The notes below the pieces were generated by a model. The model did no database searches. It was given only the letters and a program-made list of their open reading frames with translations, and was not told the origin of the DNA. From assembly GCA_938083015.1 (NCBI GenBank), contig CALKCX010000003.1, forward strand, positions 14,793 through 78,792: DNA of 64,000 nucleotides. The letters are read 5' to 3'. The DNA comes from an uncultured Candidatus Micrarchaeota archaeon. GTDB taxonomy: Archaea > Micrarchaeota > Micrarchaeia > Anstonellales > J096. Position numbers and translations under genes: made by a program. Positions 9,110-18,942 of the stretch are shown in pieces; positions within the stretch are counted from its first letter, which is position 1, and the number at the start of each line of letters is the position of its first letter.

Positions 9110-11341
9110 ATGTTTGAAGATATAGAAATAAAATGGCAGAAGATATGGAATGAGAGAAAAAAGACATATGATTTAAATAAACCAATAATAGCTATAGATA
9201 CGCCCCCACCTTTTACATCTGGAACATTGCATATGGGCCATATATTAAGCTATTCTTATATAGACTTTATTGCCCGATATTTGATGTTAAAAGGAAATCA
9301 AGTGTTTTATCCACAAGGCTGGGATGCTCAAGGATTTCCAACTGAAATGAAGATAGAGGCAAAGTATGGTAGAGATCTTCCAAGAGAGGAGTTTAGACAG
9401 AGATGTATACAATGGAGTTATGAGATGATAGATAAAATGAAAGAGCAAATGAAGAGAATGGGGTATATGATAGATTGGGGGCACGAGTATATAACAATGG
9501 TCCCAGAATATCATGAAAAAGTACAAAAATCAATAATAGAAATGTGGAGGCAAGGTGAAATATATAGAGATAATCATCCTGTTTTATGGTGCCCCCATTG
9601 TAGATCAGCTATAGCTAAAGCAGAATTAGAAGATAAAGAAATGGATTCCGTATTGTACGATATAAATTTTGGAAATGTAACCATATCTACTACCAGGCCA
9701 GAGTTATTACATGCTTGTGTTGCTATAGCTGTTCATCCCGACGATCCTAGATATAAAAGTATAATTGGTAAAAATGCAAAATTACCAATTTATGATAGAG
9801 AAGTAAAGATAATTGCTGATCAAGATGTGTCGCGTGATTTTGGTACTGGGGCAGTGATGATATGTACATATGGTGATTATCAAGATCTAATATGGCAGAA
9901 AAGACATAATCTGGAAGTTATAGAAGCTATAGATAAAGAAGGGCGATTGAAAAATAGTAAATACGATGGAATGACTATTGATAAGGCCAGAGAAGCTATT
10001 GTAAAAGATCTAAAAAGTATAGGTGCTATTGAAAGAGAAAGACATTATAAGAAAATCGTAAAAGTACATGATAGATGTAAAAATCCAGTAGAATTGATGT
10101 ATTCTTATGAATGGTTTGCTTCTTTAAAGAAACATAAAGATGAATTGATAGATATTGCTAAAATGATAAACTGGTATCCGGAATTCGGCATATATCATTA
10201 TATTGATTGGTTAAACAATTTAGATTGGGATTGGATAATTAGTAGAGATAGAATATTCGGAACACCTATTCCGTTTTATGTATGCGAATATTGTAATAAT
10301 ATAGAACCTGCAGATGAATTACCTTTTTATCCTGAAAAGGCAAAACCTAAGATGTGTAAACAATGTGGAAATCAAATGAAACCAGAGATAAAAGTATTAG
10401 ATGTATGGGTAGATTCTAGTATTACTCCATTAATAGTTTCAAAGTATTACGAAAATATCGATTTTCACAATAAAGTCTTTCCTAATTTTATAAGAATACA
10501 AGGTCTAGAAATAGTTAGAACATGGGCATTGTATACAATATACAGAGTATGGAAATTAACAGGTCAAATACCTTGGAAAAACATATTATTGAATGGTAAC
10601 GTATTGGCCCCGGATGGAAAGAAGATGAGTAAAAGCTTAGGTAATGTCATATCTCCAGATGATTTACTTAAAGAATATCCTGTAGATGCTTTAAGACAAT
10701 GGGCAGCAATGAGTGGGGCATTGGCAAAAGATAGACCATTTTCATATGAAGACATAAAATATGCTAAAGCTTTCTTAATCAAATATTGGAATGCTTCTAA
10801 ATATGTATTATCTAAACTTAAACCAGTAACAGATGTAAAATTAAGAAAAGTCGATAGATGGATATTACATAGATTATCTGAACTTATTGAAAAGGTCCAA
10901 AAATCTATGGATAATTATCAATTTAGAGAAGCTATTGTTAGTTTACAACAATTCTATTGGAATGAATTCTGCGATTATTATTTAGAATATACGAAATGGA
11001 GATTCAACAATGAAGTTGATGGAGCTATCTATACTTTAAAGAAAGTCCAAGAAGAGTTTTCGAAGATGTTCTCTATATTCGCCCCACATCTTGCATATGA
11101 AGTATATTGGCAGATATTTGGAAAAGAAATTGAAGATTGGCCTAACTTCAAATTCTCAGATCCAGAAGCAGTTAAACAAGTTGAAATTTTTAATCAAGAG
11201 GTATCTAAAGTAAGAACGTATAAAATATCTAATAGATTATCTATGAAGGCCGAATTAGATAAATGGAAATTAGAAACTAATCTTGATCCAGAGTTAAAAG
11301 AAGAACTTAAACAAGTAATGCACATTAAGGAATTAATCTAG
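9110..11341 (+). CDS. valS: Class Ia aminoacyl-tRNA synthetase with a CP1 editing domain. Most likely valyl-tRNA synthetase.
   Basis: HIGH motif PPPFTSGTLHMGH (ValRS-like PPPxxTGxLHMGH). TTRPELLHACVAIAVHPDD at the CP1 start. Editing block FGTGAVMICTYGDYQD...RHNL. KMSKS as GKKMSKSLGN. At 743 aa it is unusually short for ValRS. IleRS cannot be fully excluded. Confidence 0.6.
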   Translation: MFEDIEIKWQKIWNERKKTYDLNKPIIAIDTPPPFTSGTLHMGHILSYSYIDFIARYLMLKGNQVFYPQGWDAQGFPTEMKIEAKYGRDLPREEFRQRCIQWSYEMIDKMKEQMKRMGYMIDWGHEYITMVPEYHEKVQKSIIEMWRQGEIYRDNHPVLWCPHCRSAIAKAELEDKEMDSVLYDINFGNVTISTTRPELLHACVAIAVHPDDPRYKSIIGKNAKLPIYDREVKIIADQDVSRDFGTGAVMICTYGDYQDLIWQKRHNLEVIEAIDKEGRLKNSKYDGMTIDKAREAIVKDLKSIGAIERERHYKKIVKVHDRCKNPVELMYSYEWFASLKKHKDELIDIAKMINWYPEFGIYHYIDWLNNLDWDWIISRDRIFGTPIPFYVCEYCNNIEPADELPFYPEKAKPKMCKQCGNQMKPEIKVLDVWVDSSITPLIVSKYYENIDFHNKVFPNFIRIQGLEIVRTWALYTIYRVWKLTGQIPWKNILLNGNVLAPDGKKMSKSLGNVISPDDLLKEYPVDALRQWAAMSGALAKDRPFSYEDIKYAKAFLIKYWNASKYVLSKLKPVTDVKLRKVDRWILHRLSELIEKVQKSMDNYQFREAIVSLQQFYWNEFCDYYLEYTKWRFNNEVDGAIYTLKKVQEEFSKMFSIFAPHLAYEVYWQIFGKEIEDWPNFKFSDPEAVKQVEIFNQEVSKVRTYKISNRLSMKAELDKWKLETNLDPELKEELKQVMHIKELI

Positions 11342-12533
11342 TCCTATCTCTAGGAAATAACATCGCTTCTCTAATATTGTTTAATCCCAATAATTGCATA
11401 AGGAATCTCTCCAATCCCATACCAAACCCTCCATGAGGGGGCACACCGTATTTAAAAGCTTCAAGATAAAACTCAAAATCGTGTATATTTAGACCTCTCT
11501 CAATTATAGCATTTTCAAGAAGATCAACATCATGTATTCTCTGGGCCCCTGAAGCTATCTCAAGACCTTTAAAGAATAGATCGAAGGATTTACTATACAT
11601 ATCGTCTTTTGGCATAGTATAAAAAGCTCTAATTCTAGTAGGAAATCCTTCTATAAAATATAAATCTTGTTCAAGTATTTCATATATCTTTTTCTCATGT
11701 TCTTTACTAAAATCATCTCCTATTTCTATGTTAACTCCATGTTCTTTCAACAAGTTTACTATCTCTTCATAACTATAGATGTTTATCTTATCTACTTCAT
11801 AGTTTACCTTTTGTATCATCTCTTTTACTACTTCAGCTAGTAAATTCATTACATCTTTATAATCATTTATAACCATTTCCACATCTAAAGATATCGCTTC
11901 ATTTAGATGATAAATAGTATTATGTTTCTCTGCCCGGTATATAGGCATTGTTATAAATACTTTTTCTAATCCACCAATTACGGCCATCTGCTTATATAAT
12001 TGAGGAGATTGGGCCAGATAAGCATGTCTTTCAAAATATTCTACTTTGAATACCTCTGCACCTCCTTCTGATGCAGCACCTAATATTAAGCTTGGATGTA
12101 TCTCTATAAATCCTCTATTTAATAAGAAATTACGATAAGTATTAATAACATCTGATTTTATCTTAAATATATTTGCTATCTCTGGTCTTCTTAGATCTAA
12201 AAATCTATATTTTAATCGTACATCAAAATCAGAAGGTACAATTCCAGTAGGGTCTACAGGTAGCTTTTTCTTGACTCTAGAATTAATTATAATCTTCTCT
12301 GCTTTTATCTCTATTCCAGATTTAGCTATATTTGATTTAACTACTGTGCCAATAACAGTTAGATGGTCTTCTCTATTAACAGTTATGTCTTCTTTCGTAA
12401 CTACTTGAATAGTGCCTGTCCAGTCTCTTAGTATTATAAATTTTATCTTTCCTAAATTACGAAACTCATGTACAAATCCAGATATTTGAATTGTTTGATC
12501 TATCATTTGATAAGCTTGCTTAATCGATATCAT
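11325..12533 (-). CDS. aspS: Aspartyl-tRNA synthetase (class IIb; AspRS or non-discriminating Asp/AsnRS). The track ORF extends to 12596, but that extension overlaps tRNA-Leu. The likely start is the internal Met at 12533 (MISIKQ...).
   Basis: OB-fold N-terminal domain. LKYRFLDLRRPE. QSPQLYKQM signature. Class II motif 3 GGFGMGLERFLMQLLGLNNIREAMLFPRDRTRL. Confidence 0.75.
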   Translation of the reverse strand: MISIKQAYQMIDQTIQISGFVHEFRNLGKIKFIILRDWTGTIQVVTKEDITVNREDHLTVIGTVVKSNIAKSGIEIKAEKIIINSRVKKKLPVDPTGIVPSDFDVRLKYRFLDLRRPEIANIFKIKSDVINTYRNFLLNRGFIEIHPSLILGAASEGGAEVFKVEYFERHAYLAQSPQLYKQMAVIGGLEKVFITMPIYRAEKHNTIYHLNEAISLDVEMVINDYKDVMNLLAEVVKEMIQKVNYEVDKINIYSYEEIVNLLKEHGVNIEIGDDFSKEHEKKIYEILEQDLYFIEGFPTRIRAFYTMPKDDMYSKSFDLFFKGLEIASGAQRIHDVDLLENAIIERGLNIHDFEFYLEAFKYGVPPHGGFGMGLERFLMQLLGLNNIREAMLFPRDRTRLIP

Positions 12534-12582
12534 ATGTTTATCAAGATAATATATTTTAAAATCTAGTTTATAACTTAAAATA

Positions 12583-12668
12583 GCAGGGGTAGCCAAGTCT
12601 GGTCAAAGGCGCAGGCTTGAGGGGTCTGTCCCGTTGTGGGTTCGTGGGTTCAAATCCCACCCCCTGCA
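12583..12668 (+). tRNA. tRNA-Leu (anticodon GAG) with a long variable arm.
   Basis: Acceptor stem GCAGGGG/CCCCTGC plus discriminator A. D-arm. Anticodon stem CAGGC/GTCTG with loop TTGAGGG. 13-nt variable arm. T-arm GTGGGTTCAAATCCCAC. Hand-folded. Confidence 0.8.
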
Positions 12669-14239
12669 TTTAAAACGTATTTATCTAATAATTCATTATA
12701 TACTCCTCTTGATAACAAATATCCCATTAGATAAGAGATAATAGCTATAATAGCAAATCCTACTACTTCTATACTTGCCAATAATAGTAAAGGAAACATG
12801 ACCATAATAGCTATTGTTACATTATTTCTAACTATCTTATATACGTATTCAAAATTTTCTTTTCGTCTTAATCTAAAATCTGTAATAATAATTTGTGCAT
12901 CTATACTTACACCTGCTGCAGCTATAAGGCCAACAATAGCAGCTAAATCCAATGTAAACCTACCTACAATGGCCAATAATATTATTATTTCCAATACTGA
13001 TATAAACATCATTATAGTTGCAATCTTAAGATTTCCATACCTAATAGATGCAAATAGACCTACTGCTAATACACTAAGTATTATTCCTATAATAGAATAA
13101 AATAGAGACAATTCTCCAAATACTGCAGGTATATTCGTAGTTCCTATTATCTCTAAATTATAAGGAATACCTCCACCTTTCAATAATGATGCTATTTCTC
13201 TAGCTTCTTCAATAGCTTTATTTTTAGAAGTTCCTGTGATAAGATATCTAATGCCTATGCTTGTTCCAGAAGTTATAGATGGAGACAACCTTGGTGCAGA
13301 TATTAAATTTATTGCTTTCCAACTAACTATAGATCCGAATTGTACTTCTGGATATAACGATGAGTCGTCTACGATTATCTGATTTGAATAATTAACATCT
13401 CTTGAAGTTATAAGACTGCCATTTTTCGGAAGATAGAATTCATCTTCCCAAATTACAGATATGTTTAAATATGACAATATTTCTAAACTTTCTTCAGGAT
13501 TCTGTAATTTCTCTTTATCTAATAATATATAGGAATTTCTAGGAGGATCTAAAAACATATATATTGGTCTATTGGCCTTTCCTCTAACTTTTTCTAAAAA
13601 TTTAATATTAGCTTCTGGATTAATTGCAAATTGTACTCCCCAGTCTGCACCACCAATTTGGGCACGATCTAATACAATTTGTACTGTATTTGGAATAATG
13701 TCTTCGCCTTTTATAACTATTTCTCCATCTACTATTCCAATATATTCTCCTTTTCTAGTTATTACATTACCTATTCTATTTAACAGATCTGGAGAGCTAC
13801 CTTCTATGTATATAAGTCTATTTTCAAGACCTTTTACTACTATTTGTTCTAGACCAAGTGCAGATAATCTATTTTTAATTCTCTCTATAAGATCCAACAT
13901 ATCTGAGTTAGAAATAGGTTCATCTACTTGTAATATTACTCGTGTTCCTCCTTTGAAATCTATACCAAGATTAACTCCGTGTAATAATAAAGATAATAAA
14001 GCTAAAGAAGCTAATGCTATAAAATAGTAAAGACGAGTATGTTTTGCTATGTAATTTGTTAACAATATGGCCAATACTAGATAAAATGCAAATATATTTG
14101 AAATGGCCGTATTAAATATAGATAGTAATAATAATACCATACCTATTCCTAATACTATAAACTGAGATCTATTGAACATATTTCTCACCGTATTTTTGTA
14201 ATAGATAAGCATTATAGCCCCAAGAGGTAAAGAAGTCAA
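12650..14239 (-). CDS. secD: Protein-export membrane protein SecD.
   Basis: 529 aa. N-terminal TM segments, a large periplasmic loop containing LGIDFKGGTRVIL, and six C-terminal TM segments. The true start is probably an internal Met (MFNRSQF, about 14179), giving a smaller overlap with secF. Confidence 0.65.
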   Translation of the reverse strand: MTSLPLGAIMLIYYKNTVRNMFNRSQFIVLGIGMVLLLLSIFNTAISNIFAFYLVLAILLTNYIAKHTRLYYFIALASLALLSLLLHGVNLGIDFKGGTRVILQVDEPISNSDMLDLIERIKNRLSALGLEQIVVKGLENRLIYIEGSSPDLLNRIGNVITRKGEYIGIVDGEIVIKGEDIIPNTVQIVLDRAQIGGADWGVQFAINPEANIKFLEKVRGKANRPIYMFLDPPRNSYILLDKEKLQNPEESLEILSYLNISVIWEDEFYLPKNGSLITSRDVNYSNQIIVDDSSLYPEVQFGSIVSWKAINLISAPRLSPSITSGTSIGIRYLITGTSKNKAIEEAREIASLLKGGGIPYNLEIIGTTNIPAVFGELSLFYSIIGIILSVLAVGLFASIRYGNLKIATIMMFISVLEIIILLAIVGRFTLDLAAIVGLIAAAGVSIDAQIIITDFRLRRKENFEYVYKIVRNNVTIAIMVMFPLLLLASIEVVGFAIIAIISYLMGYLLSRGVYNELLDKYVLNAGGGI

Positions 14240-15116
14240 CTATTAGACCAATGATCATAACAGCAGCTATATTTTTTAGAAAACTAATATTTAGTAAAAC
14301 ACCTATACCTAAGATTATGAAGAATACTAGCATTGAACTTGTAATCATAGATATACCTGTTTTCATACTTTCATCTATACTATTGGGTTTTCTTGTCAAA
14401 TAATAATTGCTAACTAGTAATACGCTGGTATCTAAACTATACCCAAATAGCATTAATAATCCTATTAATATGCTAAGATCGATATCAAAACCTAATAAGC
14501 TTATAATACCAATAGTTACTAAAGCGTCTATCAAAGCTCCGGATAGTATGTTAACAGTTGGAAACCAGGTCTTAAAAGTTAAGAAAATATAAATAGTTGC
14601 GAATAGCATACCTAATAAAAACACCATAAATATCCTTGTAAATAATTCTTTAGATAAAATAGGAGTAATTAGATTATAAGAATATTCGTATTTGCCGTCT
14701 ATGCTTTGTAGTATTGATGTTAACGTTTTATTAACAGAGGATTCGTATACTAAATTAGAATATTCGATTAAACTTTGATTTTCATATTCTATACCTGAGA
14801 GTTCGGCCATAGTTTTAACATAATCATTGCATTTATCTAAATCAATAGTTTGTCTTAAACAATTTAATAATTCAGATCTTGTTTCTATTATTGTCTTAAG
14901 ATTAGGTGATAATCTCAATGGAATTTCATATATATAAATTCCTTCTAAAGATTTAAAATTATGTGAAAATGGAATATATAATTTTGAATCGGATGTAATC
15001 GTAATTATTAACCCCCCTTCAAAATCTATACCAGTTCTAAACGATGTGATGTATCCTATTATCGAGATTATCGATAATATGAATAGTATTGTCAATAATA
15101 ACTTTCTATCTATCAT
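14169..15116 (-). CDS. secF: Protein-export membrane protein SecF.
   Basis: 315 aa. N-terminal TM segments, then GIDFEGGLIITI (SecD/F signature), then a C-terminal six-TM bundle. It lies directly upstream of secD on the same strand. Confidence 0.65.
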   Translation of the reverse strand: MIDRKLLLTILFILSIISIIGYITSFRTGIDFEGGLIITITSDSKLYIPFSHNFKSLEGIYIYEIPLRLSPNLKTIIETRSELLNCLRQTIDLDKCNDYVKTMAELSGIEYENQSLIEYSNLVYESSVNKTLTSILQSIDGKYEYSYNLITPILSKELFTRIFMVFLLGMLFATIYIFLTFKTWFPTVNILSGALIDALVTIGIISLLGFDIDLSILIGLLMLFGYSLDTSVLLVSNYYLTRKPNSIDESMKTGISMITSSMLVFFIILGIGVLLNISFLKNIAAVMIIGLIVDFFTSWGYNAYLLQKYGEKYVQ

Positions 15117-15209
15117 GAGTTAAATACATATAAAAAAGTTTAAAAATAACTGACCAATTTTATTTTTGTAAACATATATGTTTAAAAAAAGTTAATCATA
15201 ATATAAAAT

Positions 15210-16817
15210 ATGAATGTTGTAGTTGAAGCAGAATTAGATAAAAGATTAGAAGAACTTAGATTAAACAATCCTGAAACTGAGCGCAAAGTAAAAATAGCTT
15301 TAAGACAATTTCTTACACAGACAGATACAACAATAACACTTAACGTTAATCCTTACAATGCAAACATGATAAGAGAATGGCTAATGAAACATTATCCTGA
15401 AATATCTGTAACTACTGTTAACAAAAGACAAAATGGTACTGAAGATATAGTTTTGAGAAAAGGGCAAAAAATGCCCATGTTTATAGACCAATCTATTCTT
15501 AGTATAGATCAATTAGTAAATTCGTTAAATAGCAATGGTGTGGTAAAAAATAGCGTAAAAGATAATCTATATAGATTAGTAAAAGGCAATACTTATAGTG
15601 TGACATTGAATTTAAATAGCGATAACGCTAATAAGGTGAAACAATGGGCAGAAGAATATGGTTATGAAGTTTCACTACGAACTGCTCAGAATGGTTTGGT
15701 AGATATAACTATAAGAAGACATAAGAAAGTATCTTCTTTAGACAGACCACAATCTAATCAAAACTTAAATACAGGTTTACCTAAACATCTTGATCATAAT
15801 TTCTATCGTGGTATAAAACATGTATATGAGGCATTGAAAGGTACTTCTTTCTTTGATTATTATAGCACGTTATCTGATGAAAAGAAAGAATTGTTTTTAT
15901 CATTCATGTGGGGTGTATATATGAGAAGTGTAAACGAAACACAAAAATCAAATCCAGAACTGTTTGGACAAATAGGCTCTGTAAGAACTTTATTTTCAAA
16001 ATTAAATAAACACAATATAATATCGGAATTTGAAGCTAGATTAGAAAGAGCAGAAAGACAGACAAAAATGGCAATAGAAATCCTTGAACAAAAATTCTCA
16101 AAAGAAAATAAATCGTTGAAAAACTTCTTAGGTTCAAATTATAAAGAATTTGAAAAAGCACTAAAATATATTTTTATGGAATGGAAATTTGATGATAATA
16201 CTATTAATTCTATATTGAACAGTATATCTTATCAAACTATTGATAAATTATATAAAGCTTTAATTGACTTTAGAGCAAAAAACCATAGACATTCTCCAGG
16301 TAAAGATGTATCTAATCAAGATCTAGCAGAGATAAGCTTATCAACAATTCTATTTAGTAAAATGTTTGGAGTAGATTCAGAATTAATCTTGGCCATTATA
16401 GGACAAGAATCTAATTTTAGAAAACAAGCATGGAATGATGGAAATATAGGCATGACTCAACAAAGTGGGCAAGGTTGGAACATGTATGTATTCGGTTCAA
16501 GATACCCAGGTATGTTAGAAAATTATATGAAAGCTAGATTTAAAAGAGCCGGATGGCAAGGAAATCCTGATTATCAATCACCTTTAGTAAATAGAACTTT
16601 ATTAGCAAATCAAAATATAACAATGCAAATATATACTGGTGTAATAACATTGGTAGGTAAAGCTATTGAAAAATATGGTACAAATACAGATCTGTCTAAC
16701 TTAGATAATAGAAAAGATGTTGTATATCAAATTGCCAGGGGATACAATGGAAGCAAATTAGCAAATAGTTATGCTTCTGCAGTAGTTAGTAGTCCACTTT
16801 GGAATTTAGATTTGTGA
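15210..16817 (+). CDS. Protein with two N-terminal about 45-aa tandem repeats and a C-terminal lytic transglycosylase (SLT / lysozyme-like) domain.
   Basis: SLT motifs LILAIIGQESNFRKQAWNDGNIGMTQQ (ES...G-L/M-xQ), NQNITMQIYTGV and QIARGYNGSKLA (AYNxG). Repeats TITLNVNPYNANMIREWLMKHYPEISVTTVNKRQNG and YSVTLNLNSDNANKVKQWAEEYGYEVSLRTAQNG. No obvious signal peptide. Confidence 0.6.
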   Translation: MNVVVEAELDKRLEELRLNNPETERKVKIALRQFLTQTDTTITLNVNPYNANMIREWLMKHYPEISVTTVNKRQNGTEDIVLRKGQKMPMFIDQSILSIDQLVNSLNSNGVVKNSVKDNLYRLVKGNTYSVTLNLNSDNANKVKQWAEEYGYEVSLRTAQNGLVDITIRRHKKVSSLDRPQSNQNLNTGLPKHLDHNFYRGIKHVYEALKGTSFFDYYSTLSDEKKELFLSFMWGVYMRSVNETQKSNPELFGQIGSVRTLFSKLNKHNIISEFEARLERAERQTKMAIEILEQKFSKENKSLKNFLGSNYKEFEKALKYIFMEWKFDDNTINSILNSISYQTIDKLYKALIDFRAKNHRHSPGKDVSNQDLAEISLSTILFSKMFGVDSELILAIIGQESNFRKQAWNDGNIGMTQQSGQGWNMYVFGSRYPGMLENYMKARFKRAGWQGNPDYQSPLVNRTLLANQNITMQIYTGVITLVGKAIEKYGTNTDLSNLDNRKDVVYQIARGYNGSKLANSYASAVVSSPLWNLDL

Positions 16818-18086
16818 TATACTAAGTCTCTGAACTCGTATTATATTGCTAAATATTCTATAATATATTATGTTAACTAGCATTATTAATAAAAACATCC
16901 CAGTTAGACCTATGTATTGTAAAACAACATATCCTATTTTGATAGATACTAAAGTAGCTACTCGAATTATAAGTAAATAGGTATTTGATAAGTTTTCTCT
17001 AGTATTTTCATCGTCTACATCTAATAATAGCTTTCTAATATATATAGGTCCAAACATGTTTACTGCGATTATTAAAATAGCAATTGCCAATATATAAGCT
17101 CCGAGAAAGGCCAATATAGATGAAACTGTAGTTAATACAAATCCAATACCAAGTAATCTATTATGTTCTTGTTCATCCATTAATCTACCAGATAGAAATA
17201 AGGATAATATAGATAACAAAGACGTAATTGTAATTATAGTAAACATCTCTGAAGAATCCAATCCTATTATATTGATGTATATCCATCCTGATAGATTTAT
17301 CGGTATATAAAAACCTAATACTGAAAATATAGATAGACCTAACAATAGATTAGATTTATTGTTAAGAATTACAGTTAATCTATCAAAAGTCTTCCTATTT
17401 TTAATAACATAGATTAGTAATACCAACAATATGGCCGCGAATATATAGATGTTTAAATTTAATATAAAATATATGAAAGAGGCGATTGCTAAAACTATCA
17501 ATGAAATTCTTCTTATATCAGATTTAGTAAATCTATATGTTCTAAGACTATCGTCGTCAACGTATTTATAGACCAATATTAAAATTGCTAAAAGAGCAAT
17601 AATTGTTATAAACGATATTATAATAAACATATCTAAATCTATATACAGTATAATCACAGGTATCAATATAGTTACCAATGACCATATTATTTCAACGTTA
17701 TTTAAATTTTTACCAGAGTTTTTTCTATCTAATGCCGTTAACATTGATGAAAGAAGAGGGAATAATACTGAAAAAGCAGCTCCTTCTGCTAATGCCCCTA
17801 AGTATATAGCTTCAAAGTTTTTATTCATTATTCCATAGACAAGAAGAATAATAGCGACTATGAAACTAGATAAGCTTATTATTATAATTCTCTTCTTTCC
17901 TAAGATCTTTCGAATATATATTAATATAGGCTGTAATATAACTGCTGCAGAGAAAAATAAAATGTTAAACTCTATTATTAAATCGTGCTTTTCAATAGTT
18001 TTAGATAGATATAGAATATAATTGTTTACAAGGACAAAATAGAATGCTATAAATAGATTGATTAATACGATTAATAAGAACAACAT
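16806..18086 (-). CDS. Polytopic integral membrane protein (about 12 TM). Possibly an MFS-type transporter.
   Basis: 426 aa, almost entirely hydrophobic helices, with a short charged loop at mid-protein. No catalytic motif recognised. Confidence 0.35.
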   Translation of the reverse strand: MLFLLIVLINLFIAFYFVLVNNYILYLSKTIEKHDLIIEFNILFFSAAVILQPILIYIRKILGKKRIIIISLSSFIVAIILLVYGIMNKNFEAIYLGALAEGAAFSVLFPLLSSMLTALDRKNSGKNLNNVEIIWSLVTILIPVIILYIDLDMFIIISFITIIALLAILILVYKYVDDDSLRTYRFTKSDIRRISLIVLAIASFIYFILNLNIYIFAAILLVLLIYVIKNRKTFDRLTVILNNKSNLLLGLSIFSVLGFYIPINLSGWIYINIIGLDSSEMFTIITITSLLSILSLFLSGRLMDEQEHNRLLGIGFVLTTVSSILAFLGAYILAIAILIIAVNMFGPIYIRKLLLDVDDENTRENLSNTYLLIIRVATLVSIKIGYVVLQYIGLTGMFLLIMLVNIIYYRIFSNIIRVQRLSISQI

Positions 18087-18143
18087 ATAAGGTCTATTTA
18101 TACTATTGTGAATGTTTTAAAACAATATATGTTATTAAAATTA

Positions 18144-18217
18144 GCCTTAGTAGCTCAGCCTGGCAGAGCGCACGCTTGGTAAGCGTGAGGTCGCGGGTTC
18201 AAATCCCGCCTAAGGCT
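18144..18217 (+). tRNA. tRNA-Thr (anticodon GGU).
   Basis: Acceptor stem GCCTTAG/CTAAGGC plus discriminator U. D-arm AGCTCAGCCTGGCAGAGC. Anticodon stem-loop CACGC-TTGGTAA-GCGTG. T-arm GCGGGTTCAAATCCCGC. A T-tract follows. Confidence 0.85.
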
Positions 18218-18245
18218 TTAAAAAAATTTTTTCATAAATATAAAA

Positions 18246-18923
18246 ATGATTATCTACTGGGATTTAGATGAAACTTTAAGAGAAAATAAGGAGTTAACAA
18301 AAAGGGCAATAGAAGCAGCAATATCTAAATTCATTCCTTCTAAAAACTTAAATTTATCTTCAGATCAAATATATAATCTTTGGAATAAAGCTAATTTAGA
18401 ATGTATAATAGATAAAGACGATAAAGTATTTGCAAGATTCTTCAAAATATTATTCCCAGATATTGATAATATAGATAAATTGGCAGAATATGCAAAAGCT
18501 TATGTACACAATGAAATAGAATATCAAAAACCATTTGATCATACTGAAGTAGCTCTTCAAATAGTACAGAGGTTTAAGAATGGAATAATATCACATGCTA
18601 AGAAAGGGTCTACGATAGTATGGTTAAAAAGATATAATTTAGAGAAGTATTTTGATCCCAATTTAATATTCGATGGAGTAATTGACAAGAAAGATTATAT
18701 GAAAGGTCACTTTATATATATCGGCGATTCTATATCGGATTTGTATTCATTTCTAAAAGTTGAAACAGGAAATATGATATTAATAGGTAGACATGATGGA
18801 TATGTAGATAAATTACTTGATCTCTATCCTGAGAAAAGACAATATGTATATTACGCTAATGATGCTTTAGAAGCTTCTAAATTAGTAACAAAACTATTTA
18901 AAAAGGAGCATATACTTAATTGA
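18246..18923 (+). CDS. HAD-superfamily hydrolase (putative phosphatase).
   Basis: Motif I at the N-terminus, IIYWDLDETL (DxDxT). GDS/D-containing C-terminal blocks YIGDSISD. Confidence 0.5.
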   Translation: MIIYWDLDETLRENKELTKRAIEAAISKFIPSKNLNLSSDQIYNLWNKANLECIIDKDDKVFARFFKILFPDIDNIDKLAEYAKAYVHNEIEYQKPFDHTEVALQIVQRFKNGIISHAKKGSTIVWLKRYNLEKYFDPNLIFDGVIDKKDYMKGHFIYIGDSISDLYSFLKVETGNMILIGRHDGYVDKLLDLYPEKRQYVYYANDALEASKLVTKLFKKEHILN

Positions 18924-18942
18924 AGTTAAAGGGTGTTAAAAT

